Source of the DNA: an uncultured Actinomycetes bacterium
GTDB taxonomy: Bacteria > Actinomycetota > Actinomycetes > Streptosporangiales > Streptosporangiaceae
DNA length: 64,000 bases
Assembly: GCA_963829725.1 (NCBI GenBank)
Contig: CAWHJW010000005.1
Coordinates: forward strand, 369,976 to 433,975
Direction: 5' to 3'
Part shown: piece after piece, positions 40,156 through 49,286 of the stretch
How the letters are laid out: the number at the start of each line of letters is the position of its first letter
Numbering within the stretch: position 1 is the stretch's first letter
Made by a program: the position numbers and the translations under genes
Notes under the pieces: generated by a model
Databases searched by the model: none
What the model was told of the DNA's origin: nothing
What the model saw: only the letters and a program-made list of their open reading frames with translations

Positions 40156-41043
40156 GTGACATACGCGGTTGCCGGCGCAGGCCACCCCCCTCCCGACGCA
40201 GGCCACCCCCCTCCCGGCACGGGCCGCCCCTCGGCCGGGCACCTGGCCGAGCTGGCGGGCTTGCTGTCCGGCGGTGGCGTGCTCGTGCTGAGCGGCGCCG
40301 GCCTGTCCACCGAATCCGGGATTCCCGACTACCGGGGGCCAACGGGCCTGGCCCGCCGTGCCCAGCCAATGACCTATCAGGCGTTCACCGGCTCGGCGGC
40401 GGCCCGGCAGCGTTACTGGGCGCGCAGCCACCTGGGCTGGCGGCATATCGCGGCCGCCGCGCCGAACCGCGGTCACCACGCGGTTGCCGGGCTGCAGCGC
40501 CGCGGACTGCTCGCCGGGATCATCACCCAGAACGTGGACGGCCTGCACCAGGCGGCCGGCGCCCGCGACGTCATCGAACTGCACGGCAACCTCAGCCGGG
40601 TAGCCTGCCTCGGCTGCGGCCAGCGCACCGCGCGCGCCGCCCTGGACCTGCGGCTGCGCGCCGCGAACGCCGCCTGGGACGCCACGGTCAGCCAGCTGAA
40701 CCCGGACGGCGACGCGACCCTGGCCGACGAGGCGGAACACCGGTTCCAGGTGGTGGACTGCCTGCGCTGCGGCGGCCTGCTCAAACCGGACGTGGTGTTC
40801 TTCGGCGAGAACGTGCCGCCGCCCCGGGTGGCCGACTGCTACCGGCTGGTCGAGGCGGCCAGGGCGCTGCTCGTCCTGGGTTCCTCGCTCACCGTGATGT
40901 CCGGGTACCGGTTCGTCCGGCGGGCGGCCGCCGTGGGCCTGCCGGTGGCGATCATCAACCAGGGCCCGACCCGGGGTGACGGGGACGCGCTGCTCACCGT
41001 GGACGCGCCACTGGGTGCCATGCTGAGCGCGCTCGCGGGGTAG
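40156..41043 (+). CDS. Sir2 family NAD-dependent protein deacylase (sirtuin)
   Basis: LSGAGLSTESGIPDYRG, TQNVDGLH, ELHGN, and a Zn ribbon (CLGCG..CLRCGGLLKPDVVFFGE). The start is uncertain: GTG at 40156 is in frame, and the ORF is open from 39865. Confidence 0.85.
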   Translation: MTYAVAGAGHPPPDAGHPPPGTGRPSAGHLAELAGLLSGGGVLVLSGAGLSTESGIPDYRGPTGLARRAQPMTYQAFTGSAAARQRYWARSHLGWRHIAAAAPNRGHHAVAGLQRRGLLAGIITQNVDGLHQAAGARDVIELHGNLSRVACLGCGQRTARAALDLRLRAANAAWDATVSQLNPDGDATLADEAEHRFQVVDCLRCGGLLKPDVVFFGENVPPPRVADCYRLVEAARALLVLGSSLTVMSGYRFVRRAAAVGLPVAIINQGPTRGDGDALLTVDAPLGAMLSALAG

Positions 41044-41070
41044 CTCCCGCCTGGACTGTCCGGCTCACTC

Positions 41071-41160
41071 CGGCCCCGGATCAGCCCGGCCCGGATCAGC
41101 CCGGCCCGGCTCAGCCCGGCCCGGCTCAGTTCGGCCCGGCTCAGTTCGGCCCGGCTCAGT
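41071..41160. repeat. 15-bp tandem repeat array, 6 copies in three sequence variants
   Basis: cggccccggatcagc / ccggcccggatcagc / ccggcccggctcagc / ccggcccggctcagt / tcggcccggctcagt x2. The array lies between convergent genes. The last copy supplies the stop codon of the LON-domain gene. Confidence 0.9.
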
Positions 41161-41824
41161 TCGGGTTGTACGGCGAGTTCCGCAGGTCGGGAGCGGGCGT
41201 GGCGGTGAGCGAGCGGAGCAAGGTGACCTCGCGGGTCAGCATCGCCCGCTCGCTGATGAGCCGGTGCAGCGCATCCGGCTCGGCCAGCAGCGCCTGCCGG
41301 GCCGGCAGTTCCAGGATCATCGACGAGGCGACCAGGTAGGACAGCCCGACCGGCTCGTCCGGCAGCTCTGGCACGTTCACCTGGACCGATTCCCGGATGC
41401 CCAGCGCCTCGATGTACCGGCGGAACGCCGCCTGCACCGAGCGGGCGGCGAGGGCCGCCGCGGACTCCTCGCCGGTCTCCTCGCCCAGCAGGTCCACCTC
41501 GCCCGTGAGATAGGGCTGTGAGTCGTCCAGGCTGGCCAGCCGGAACCGCTGGGTGCCCACGGTCACCAGGTCGTACCGGCCGTCCTCGTGCTCGGCGACC
41601 CGGCGGAACGTGGCGGTGCAGCCCACGTCGTACAGCGCGGAAATGCCGTCGATCCCGGTCTCCCGGCCCTTGCGGATGGCGATGACCCCGAACTGCCGCG
41701 GCTCGGGCTCGTCCAGCAGGTCCTGGACGAGCTGCCGGTACCGGTCCTCGAAGATGTGCAGCGGCAGCAGCAGGCCGGGGTAAAGGACGGTGCCGAGCGG
41801 GAACAGCGGCACCGTCTGCGTCAT
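41156..41824 (-). CDS. LON peptidase substrate-binding (N-terminal) domain protein
   Basis: MTQTVPLFPLGTVLYPGLLLPLHIFEDRYRQLV..FGVIAIRKG.. Confidence 0.85.
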   Translation of the reverse strand: MTQTVPLFPLGTVLYPGLLLPLHIFEDRYRQLVQDLLDEPEPRQFGVIAIRKGRETGIDGISALYDVGCTATFRRVAEHEDGRYDLVTVGTQRFRLASLDDSQPYLTGEVDLLGEETGEESAAALAARSVQAAFRRYIEALGIRESVQVNVPELPDEPVGLSYLVASSMILELPARQALLAEPDALHRLISERAMLTREVTLLRSLTATPAPDLRNSPYNPN

Positions 41825-42011
41825 GACCTGAGACTATGCGGGCTGTGATCAGCGGGCCAGCCCGGGGCCCGGCTCGGCAAGGAGCCAAAGGGCCTGCCGG
41901 CCAGGGACCTCGGCCCGTGCCGTGCCCGGCCGCGGCCGGGCACGGTGAGAGCAAGCGCTGCGCGGCGGCCGTGCCGCGGGCATCCGAGGCCGATGCGTAC
42001 CGGAGGCTGAC

Positions 42012-42441
42012 ATGGCAGCACATCCGATCGATCACGCTGGGCTGGAAACTCTGCCGTTCGACGCCTGCCTGGACCTGCTCGCGTCCGTTCCGCTGGGCCG
42101 GGCTCGCCTTCTCCTGCGACGGTGAAGTGGTGGTGCTCCCGGTGAACCATGTCATGGACGGCCAGGACATCGTCTTCCGCGCCACCCAGGGCTCCAAGCT
42201 CACCGCGGCCGAGCAGCAGGACCTGGTCTCCTTCGAGGCCGACCACTACGACGAGGGGACCCGTTACGGCTGGAGCGTCCTGGTCACCGGCCGCGCCAGC
42301 GTCGTCTACGACGAGGCCGAGAGCCGGCGGCTCGGCGACCTGGGGCTGGAACCCTGGGTGAGCGGGGTGCCGCGCCCGTTCTGGATCCGGATCCGCCCGA
42401 CCTCGGTGTCCGGGCGCCGGACTCCGGAACCCGCCAGCTGA
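42012..42441 (+). pseudogene. pyridoxamine 5'-phosphate oxidase family (PPOX/F420-type) protein, one extra base at about 42093-42097
   Basis: The ATG at 42012 (GGAGG RBS) gives MAAHPIDHAGLETLPFDACLDLLASVPLGR. The sequence then continues in the +1 frame as LAFSCDGEVVVLPVNHVMDGQDIVFRATQGSKL..WSVLVTGRASVV.. and the length is 3n+1. Confidence 0.75.
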
Positions 42442-42748
42442 CCGCCGTCCGGCGGCACCGCCGCCGCCACGCGGCCTTATGCTGGCCAGCACCGGCTACC
42501 TGGTAGATGGCCCGGCCATGGCGAAGTTCAGCTGCGCCCGGCTGAGTCCCGCCGGATACTGGCAGCCACGCCCGGCCGGAAAGGCGAAGACCCTCTTTCC
42601 CGGCGGAATTACATATTTCAGGACCAGAGCCATTATGGGTTGTCCCGCTGGTTCGCCGGGCAACGGGATGGCCAGGCTTCCGCTCCCCCGGCCGGCTGTG
42701 CGACCATGGACCGAACGCCGTTCGGCTCCTTGCGGAAGGTGGTCACTC

Positions 42749-44068
42749 GTGCCCGCAGGCGGCCCTTCCCGCGGTGGCCCGGCCACCCGCATCCCGGCCA
42801 CCGCAGCCACGGCCGGGCCGGCGCCGGCCGCCCCTGCGGTGAACCTGTCCGACGACGCGTTCTGGGCGCTGCCCCTCACTGACCGGCACGCGGCCTTCGC
42901 GGCGCTGCGGCGCCTGCCCCGGCCGCCGTTCTTCGCCGAGCCGGCGGTGCCGTTCGCCGATCCAGGCCGGGGCTATTATGCGCTGGTCCGGCACGCTGAC
43001 GTGGCCGAGGCCAGCCGGAACCCGGCGGTGTTCTCCTCGGGGAAGGGCGCGACCAGCGTCGTCAACCTGCCAGTGGAATTCAACGAGTACTTCGGCTCCA
43101 TGATCAACGTGGACGATCCCCGGCACGCCCGGCTGCGCCGGATCGTGTCCCGGGCGTTCACCCCCCGCATGATCAGGAAATTCGAGGACGACGTGTGCAG
43201 GGTGGCCGCCGCGGTCGTGGACGGCCTGCTGGCAGACGGCCCGGGTGACTACGTCGAGCAGGTCGCCGCCCGCATCCCGCTCACCGTGATCTGCCAGATG
43301 ATGGGGATCCCGGAGAGCAGCCATGACATGGTGCTGCGCGACACCAACATCATCCTGTCCGGCTCGGACCCCGATTTCCTCAGTGAGGATGCGGACGAGG
43401 CAGTGGGCCAGTTGCTCGGGGCCGGCCAGGAACTGGCCGAACTGGTCACCGAGCTCCGCGAGGCCCGGCTGCGGGAGCCCGCCGACGACCTGATTACCGC
43501 GCTGGCGCTGGCCAACATCGACGGGGAGCAGCTGACCAGCGCCGAGCTCGCCTCGTTCTTCGTGCTGCTGGTGGTGGCCGGCAACGAGACCACCCGCACC
43601 GCCCTCTCGCACGCGCTGGTCCTGCTCACCGAGAACCCGGCGCAGCGGGCACTGCTCCGGGCCGATTTCGAAGCCAGGATCGGCGGCGCGGTCGAGGAGG
43701 TGGTCCGGATGGCCTCCCCGGTCATGTTCATGCGGCGCACGCTGGCCTGTGACTACTCGATGAACGGGCAGGACTACCACCGCGGTGACAAGGTGGCGCT
43801 GTTCTACTGGTCGGCCAACTACGACGAGGACCTGTTCCCCGACGGGGAGGTCTTCGACATCACCCGCGCGCCGAACCCGCACCTCGGTTTCGGTGCCGCG
43901 GGCCCGCACTTCTGCCTGGGCGCGCACCTGGCCCGGCGGGAGATCACCGTCACGCTCCGCGAGCTTCTGAGCCGCGTCCCGGACATCAGCGCGGCCGCGC
44001 CCCCGGACCGGCTCCGGTCCAGCTTCATCAACGGCATCAAGCGCCTGGACTGCACCTTCACCAGCTGA
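42749..44068 (+). CDS. cytochrome P450
   Basis: I-helix VVAGNETT, EVVR (ExxR), and heme loop FGAAGPHFCLGAHLAR. The GTG at 42749 with a GGAAGG RBS is preferred over the far-upstream ORF limit at 42479. Confidence 0.85.
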   Translation: MPAGGPSRGGPATRIPATAATAGPAPAAPAVNLSDDAFWALPLTDRHAAFAALRRLPRPPFFAEPAVPFADPGRGYYALVRHADVAEASRNPAVFSSGKGATSVVNLPVEFNEYFGSMINVDDPRHARLRRIVSRAFTPRMIRKFEDDVCRVAAAVVDGLLADGPGDYVEQVAARIPLTVICQMMGIPESSHDMVLRDTNIILSGSDPDFLSEDADEAVGQLLGAGQELAELVTELREARLREPADDLITALALANIDGEQLTSAELASFFVLLVVAGNETTRTALSHALVLLTENPAQRALLRADFEARIGGAVEEVVRMASPVMFMRRTLACDYSMNGQDYHRGDKVALFYWSANYDEDLFPDGEVFDITRAPNPHLGFGAAGPHFCLGAHLARREITVTLRELLSRVPDISAAAPPDRLRSSFINGIKRLDCTFTS

Positions 44069-44310
44069 ACGGCCGGCCCGGGGCACTCACCTCCCCCGGT
44101 CCAGGGCCGCATAGCCACCCGGCCTTGCCTCAATCTGGTAACGAAACGTAATTGATTGATGGCGGAGTGTATAACTAGAACCCCCTGGCTTACCGGGGGC
44201 TGCGCGTCATGGGGGTGTTACCTGCCCTGCCTGGCCGCCGGGCTCGCCCGTGAGGGTCCCGGCAGGCTGGCGGCACGGCAGGACGGCGCAGGACGCGAGA
44301 GCCGAGGGGG

Positions 44311-44366
44311 ACCTTCGTCCATTGGGCGGCGCTACTCGGGGGCGTGGCGCCGCCCAGGACGAAGGT
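44311..44366 (-). terminator. long composite hairpin immediately after the pterin dehydratase stop
   Basis: The minus strand reads ACCTTCGTCC-TGGGCGGCGC-[CACGCCCCCGAGTA]-GCGCCGCCCA-at-GGACGAAGGT, giving about 19 bp of stem and a C-rich loop. Confidence 0.6.
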
Positions 44367-44370
44367 GCAG

Positions 44371-44649
44371 TCAGGCCAGCGCGCTGATCTTCCTGGCCAG
44401 CGCGAAGTCCGCCGCGGTCAGGCCGCCCGCCGAGTGGGTGGACAGGGTCAGCGTCACCCGGTTCCACTGGATCAGCAGGTCAGGATGGTGGTTGACCTGC
44501 TCAGCCAGGTACCCCACCGCACCCGCGTAGAGCATCGCGGCCCGGAAGTCGGCCAGCTTGACGGTGGCAGAGATGGCGTCCCCGTCCCGGGTCCAGCCCG
44601 GCAGGGTGGCGAGTTCGGCATCGACGTCGGCGTCGGAGAGCAGTTCCAT
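44371..44649 (-). CDS. 4a-hydroxytetrahydrobiopterin dehydratase (pterin-4-alpha-carbinolamine dehydratase)
   Basis: 92 aa: MELLSDADVDAELATLPGWTRDGDAI..FRAAMLYAGAVGYLAEQVNHHPDLLIQWNRVTLTLSTHSAGGLT..D..LA..I. Confidence 0.85.
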   Translation of the reverse strand: MELLSDADVDAELATLPGWTRDGDAISATVKLADFRAAMLYAGAVGYLAEQVNHHPDLLIQWNRVTLTLSTHSAGGLTAADFALARKISALA

Positions 44650-44671
44650 GTCCGCCGAGCCTAACGGCGCC

Positions 44672-45691
44672 TCAGGGCACCCACCAGAGCCGGGATGGCG
44701 CCGTGCTGCACGAGCCGACATCGACCGCGGTGCCCACGGTGGTCGAGGCCCCGGGGTCACGCAGGCAGCGCGCGGACCCGGCATTGCGCAGCTCGCCGTT
44801 GCCCTGCGCGGCCCACTGCTGTGCGCTGCTGCCGTCGCAGGCGCTCAGCACCACGCTGGCGTTCCCGGCCGCCGAGGCGACTGCCAGGCAGTACCTGCCA
44901 TCCCGGATGGTCTGCCCGGATATGCCCCATTGCTGGCGCCGGGTACCGCTGCCGCACGCGGTGGTGACGGCGTCCGCACCCTGGGCGTACTTGACCCGGG
45001 ACAGGCAGACGCCGGGGACCCCGCTCGGGACCGTGCCGACGTGCAGGCTGCTCACGGCCGCCTGCGCGCCGGCCAGGTAGTGGCTGTAGACCCCGCTGGT
45101 GTAAGTCGCCCACGGGGTGAAGCTCTGGCCATCGCGGCTGATGACATAGCCGCCGTCCGCGTTGCACCGCGAGCTGAAGGCACAGGTATCGGGAATGTTG
45201 GCCCAGGCCTGGTTGCTGATCTGCCACAGCCCGCGGTCGTAGGTGCCCGTGCAGCTCACCGGCGGGTAGTAGCCGTCCTGCCCCGACGTGCTGCAGTAGT
45301 AGACGGTCGCCCGCCCCGCCGACTCGGCCATGCAGATGGCACTGGCCACCACCAGGCTCCCGTTCCGCGCGTTGTTGGCCCAGCCCGCCGCGGTCGCGTA
45401 GCGGACGCAGGTCTGCGCGGCCGCGGCCGCCTGCGCACGGGTCAGGATCCGGCCGAACGCACCCCGCGGGTTGACCGACGCGGGCCGCATCCGGGGCGGC
45501 GCCTGGCCGGTGCGGCCCGCTAGCTGCGGCCCGTGCTGCCCGCCCACCTGGGCCAGGGCGGCGTGGCGGCCAGGCGGCACGCCCGGGTGCTGGCTGGACG
45601 CGGTGGCCGCGAAGCCGGCCCAGGCGATGACCACGGCGACGGCCGCCGCGCATCCGCAGCACAGCATGGTGCGGAAGATGCGGGTGGTCAT
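44672..45691 (-). CDS. secreted lysozyme-like / transglycosylase domain protein with C-terminal ricin-type beta-trefoil lectin domain
   Basis: Signal or TM segment MTTRIFRTMLCCGCAAAVAVVIAWAGFAATA. Lysozyme-like core AICMAESAGRA..YDRGLWQISNQAW. C-terminal QxW repeats (RRQQWGI, SAQQWAA, PSRLWWV). Confidence 0.75.
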   Translation of the reverse strand: MTTRIFRTMLCCGCAAAVAVVIAWAGFAATASSQHPGVPPGRHAALAQVGGQHGPQLAGRTGQAPPRMRPASVNPRGAFGRILTRAQAAAAAQTCVRYATAAGWANNARNGSLVVASAICMAESAGRATVYYCSTSGQDGYYPPVSCTGTYDRGLWQISNQAWANIPDTCAFSSRCNADGGYVISRDGQSFTPWATYTSGVYSHYLAGAQAAVSSLHVGTVPSGVPGVCLSRVKYAQGADAVTTACGSGTRRQQWGISGQTIRDGRYCLAVASAAGNASVVLSACDGSSAQQWAAQGNGELRNAGSARCLRDPGASTTVGTAVDVGSCSTAPSRLWWVP

Positions 45692-46060
45692 GATCGGATC
45701 CCCTCGGACAGGGCGGGAGAGGCTCCCGCCAACCGAGCCCGGCGGTCCTGGCCGGGCCGTGGGGTTCACCTACTGACTACATAAAGACATCGGGGCAATA
45801 CGTTATGTGACTACACGACCCGTACCTACCCGGCTCAATTCCTGCTGAACGTCCCGGGCCGGAATCCTGGCCGCCCCGTCATCAATGTGGCCGCAGGCCA
45901 CAGATCTGCCTGCGGTGCGATCGCCCCCTGACCGGGGGCCGAGCCGGTAAGCTGAGCGGGCCACACCACCTGGTGCAGCGCCGCCTCAGGCGGCCCGGCC
46001 TGGTCCGCCCCGGCCCGGCCCGCACCGGCCAGCTGCCGGACCGGTCCTGGAGTGCCCCCG

Positions 46061-47203
46061 ATGATCACGCCTCACCCCGCGAAGCCGCGGGAGACCCCGC
46101 TGCGCCGCGTGCACGAGCGCCTCGGCGCGACGATGACCGATTTCGCCGGCTGGCTGATGCCACTGCGCTACCGCAGCGAGACCGCGGAGCACCTGGCCGT
46201 CCGGGCCAGCGCCGGGCTGTTCGACCTGTCCCATATGGGCGAGATCGCCGTCCGCGGGCCGGGGGCGGCCGGCGCCCTGGACTACGCCCTGACCGGCGAT
46301 GCGTCCGCGATACCGCCCGGGCGGGCCCGGTACACCATGATCTGCGCGGCCGACGGCGGCATCCTCGACGACCTCATCGTCTACCGGCTCGCCGGTGAGG
46401 AGTTCCTGGTCGTGGCGAACGCCGCCAACACGCCGGTGGTGCTCACCGCGCTGCGCGACCGGGCCGCCGGGCACGACGCCCAGGTGGCCGACGACACCGA
46501 CGGCTACGCGCTGATCGCCCTGCAGGGGCCGGCCGCGGCCGCCATCCTGGCCCCGCTCGCCTCCGCCGGCCTGGATGGCCTGCGGTACTACGCCAGCCAG
46601 CCTGCCCGGGTGGCCGGCCATCAGGTGCTGCTGGCCCGGACCGGCTACACCGGGGAGGACGGCTTCGAGCTGTTCGCCGCGCCCGCGGACGCGGAGCCGC
46701 TGTGGGCCGCGCTGAGCAGCGCCGGGGCCGGGGCGGGGCTGGTCCCGGCGGGCCTGGCCGCCCGGGACACCCTGCGGCTGGAAGCCGGCATGCCGCTGTA
46801 CGGCAACGAACTCGGGCCCGATGTGACCCCGTACCAGGCCGGCCTGGGGCGGGTGGTCAAGCTCGGCAAGCCCGGCGATTTCGTCGGCCGCGCGGCGCTG
46901 GCCGCGGCGGCCGCGGAGGCACCCCGCCAGGTGCTGGCCGGGCTGCGCGCCGAGACCCGCCGGGTGCCCCGGCACGGATACACCGTGCTGTGGGACGGCC
47001 AGCCGTGCGGGACGGTGACCAGCGGCGCGCCCTCCCCCACCCTGGGCGTGCCCATCGCCATGGCCTACCTCGACGCCGGGGTGGCCGGCCAGGCCGCGGA
47101 TGCGGAGCAGGGACGGCTCGCTACCGACATCCGGGGACGCGCCGAGCCGGCCCGGCTGACCCCGCTGCCCTTCTACCATCGGGACAGCCGTCCGCCACGA
47201 TGA
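46061..47203 (+). CDS. gcvT: glycine cleavage system aminomethyltransferase GcvT
   Basis: ..TPLRRVHERLGATMTDFAGWLMPLRY..GLFDLSHMGEI..ARTGYTGEDGFEL..RDTLRLEAGMPLYGNEL.. Confidence 0.92.
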   Translation: MITPHPAKPRETPLRRVHERLGATMTDFAGWLMPLRYRSETAEHLAVRASAGLFDLSHMGEIAVRGPGAAGALDYALTGDASAIPPGRARYTMICAADGGILDDLIVYRLAGEEFLVVANAANTPVVLTALRDRAAGHDAQVADDTDGYALIALQGPAAAAILAPLASAGLDGLRYYASQPARVAGHQVLLARTGYTGEDGFELFAAPADAEPLWAALSSAGAGAGLVPAGLAARDTLRLEAGMPLYGNELGPDVTPYQAGLGRVVKLGKPGDFVGRAALAAAAAEAPRQVLAGLRAETRRVPRHGYTVLWDGQPCGTVTSGAPSPTLGVPIAMAYLDAGVAGQAADAEQGRLATDIRGRAEPARLTPLPFYHRDSRPPR

Positions 47204-47261
47204 CCTCCGGCCGGGCCCTGGCCCGCCCGGGACGAGCAGATCCGCACAGGAGAGCGACCAG

Positions 47262-47648
47262 ATGACCGTTCCAGAGAATCTGCAGTACACCGCGGAACAC
47301 GAGTGGGTGGCCATCGAGGGCAGCGTGGCCTCGGTCGGCATCACGGACTTCGCCCAGCAGGCACTGGGCGACGTGGTCTACGTCTCGGTGCCCGCAGCGG
47401 GCGAGACGGTGACAGCGAGCGAGCCGTGCGGTGAGGTGGAGTCCACCAAGTCGGTATCCGACCTCTACTCGCCAGTGGACGGTGAGGTGATCGAGGCCAA
47501 CCCGGAAATCGAGGACGACCCGGGGCTGGTCAACACCGACCCGTACGGGGCGGGCTGGCTGCTCCGGATCCGGGTGGCGCAGGACGCCGAGCCGGCCGGG
47601 CTGCTCACCGCCGAGGAGTACGACGCGCTGACCAAAGAGCCCGAGTGA
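47262..47648 (+). CDS. gcvH: glycine cleavage system H protein
   Basis: YTAEHEWV..GITDFAQQALGDVVYV..EVESTKSVSDLYSPVDGEV (lipoyl-lysine motif). Confidence 0.92.
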   Translation: MTVPENLQYTAEHEWVAIEGSVASVGITDFAQQALGDVVYVSVPAAGETVTASEPCGEVESTKSVSDLYSPVDGEVIEANPEIEDDPGLVNTDPYGAGWLLRIRVAQDAEPAGLLTAEEYDALTKEPE

Positions 47649-48878
47649 GTCATCCGGCCCGCGCCGGGGACCCTCCGGGCCTGGATGGCCTGCGGCGCTA
47701 CAACGCCGCCACCGCGCACCTGGAGCCGCCGTTCGCGGTGGTCGACCTGGCCGCGCTGCGGGCCAACGCCGCGGACATGGCCCGCCGGGCGGCCGGCAAG
47801 CCGATCCGGCTGGCCAGCAAGTCGGTGCGGTGCCGCGCGGTGCTCGCCGACGCCCTGGCCCTGGACGGCTTCCAGGGCATCCTGGCCTTCACCCTGCCGG
47901 AGGCGCTCTGGCTGGCCGACCAGGGCAGCTGTGACGACATCGTGGTCGCCTACCCGACCGCGGACCGCGCGGCCCTGGCCCGGCTGGCCAGCTACCCGGC
48001 GGCGGCCGCGGCGATCACGGTGATGGTGGACAGCCCCGACCACCTGGACCTCATCGAGAAGGCCATCGCGGCCGTGCCCGATCCCGCCCCGGTTCAGGTG
48101 TGCATCGACATCGACACGTCCTACCTGGCGCTGGGCGGACTGGTCCGGGCGGGGGCGCGCCGCTCGCCGGTCCGCACCCCGGCCGACGCGGCAGCACTGG
48201 CCCGGGACATCCTGGCGCGGCCCGGGCTCCGGCTGGCCGGCCTGATGGCGTACGAGGCACAGATCGCCGGCGTGGGTGACAAGCCAGGCGGACGGCCGTT
48301 GTACGCACGGGCCGTTCGGCTGATGCAGGGCCGGTCGGCGGCCGAACTCGCCGCGCGGCGCGCGGCCATCGCCGACGCGGTGCGCTCAGTGAGCCCGCTG
48401 CGGTTCGTCAACGGCGGCGGCACCGGCTCCATCGAGCGGACCGCTGCCGAGGCCGCGGTGACCGAGATCGGTGCCGGGTCCGGGCTGTACCAGCCGTGGC
48501 TGTTCGACAGTTACCGCGCCTTCTCCGGCCGGCCGGCCGCGCTGTTCGCGCTGCCGGTGGCCCGGCGGCCCGGGCCGGGGGTGGCGACCGTGGCGGGCGG
48601 CGGCTACGTGGCCTCCGGGCCGGCTCGACCGGAGCCGGCTCCCGCAGCCGTACCTGCCACCCGGACTGCGGCTGGACCGCCAGGAGGGGGCGGGTGAGGT
48701 GCAGACCCCGCTGCTGGGCCGGGCGGCGGACGGGCTGCGGGTCGGCGACCGGGTCTGGTTCCGGCACGCCAAGGCCGGTGAACTGTGCGAGCGGTTCAAC
48801 GAGCTTCATCTCATCGACGGCACTGCGGTCACCGGGACCGTGCCGACCTACCGCGGCGAGGGCCAGTCGTTCGGCTGA
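47645..48878 (+). pseudogene. PLP-dependent alanine-racemase-fold enzyme (D-serine dehydratase-like / amino acid aldolase-deaminase family), one extra base at about 48610-48625
   Basis: GTGA overlap with the gcvH stop. PFAVVDLAALRANAADMARRAAGKPIRLASKSVRC is the PLP-Lys region, followed by ..GLMAYEAQIAG..FVNGGGTGS.. The sequence shifts from ..GGGYVASGP to LDRSRLPQPYLPPGLRLDRQEGAGEVQTPL..HAKAGELCERF.. and the length is 3n+1. Confidence 0.7.
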
Positions 48879-48885
48879 GTGGCCG

Positions 48886-49155
48886 CTAACGCCGGCGGCG
48901 GCGCAGGAAGGCCACGGCGCCGAGGACGACCACCCCGGCAGCCACGGCGGCCGCGGCGCCGGCCACCCCGCGCTGGACCTCGGGCCGCTGGGCCTGCTCA
49001 CGGGCCCGCTCCACCGCGCGGCGGGTGAGGTTGGCCGGGCTGGCCCGCTCGGTCAGCGCGTCGATGGTGCGCGCCAGGTTCTGCCGGGTGCGCTCGATCT
49101 CCCGGAGCAGCCCATCCGGATCGCGAACCGCGACCGTGCCGTTCGCCTCGGCCAT
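48886..49155 (-). CDS. DUF3618 domain protein with C-terminal TM anchor
   Basis: ..DPDGLLREIERTRQNLARTIDALTERASP.. followed by GVAGAAAAVAAGVVVLGAVAFLRRRRR. Confidence 0.7.
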   Translation of the reverse strand: MAEANGTVAVRDPDGLLREIERTRQNLARTIDALTERASPANLTRRAVERAREQAQRPEVQRGVAGAAAAVAAGVVVLGAVAFLRRRRR

Positions 49156-49286
49156 TGTCTGTTTCTCCTTTCGGCACGCAACGTGTCGTCAGTCTCCCAG
49201 GCGCCTGGCCGCTGCGCACGGCCGGCCAGCCGGCGTGCCGCAATTGTGCTCTCCTGACCGGCCGCCCGCGCCCGTTCCCGGACACG

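Noticed and set aside
40156-41043. Sir2-domain antiphage defence gene (Thoeris/DSR-like)
   Set aside because: It has canonical short sirtuin architecture with GAGxS, QNxD, HG and a CxxC..CxxC zinc ribbon. It has no fused sensor or effector domains and no partner gene, so it is most simply a housekeeping protein deacylase.
41071-41160. CRISPR array
   Set aside because: The 15-bp units are directly abutting with no spacers, the units are too short, and no cas genes are present.
45780-46060. Expected a glycine riboswitch upstream of gcvT-gcvH
   Set aside because: I could not find the conserved GGAGAG / CACCGAAGGGGCAA / CUCAGGCAAAAGGAC cores. Only an isolated CTCAGGC and an unrelated hairpin (CCGCAGGC..GCCTGCGG, 45891-45915) are present. 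An Infernal scan would be decisive.
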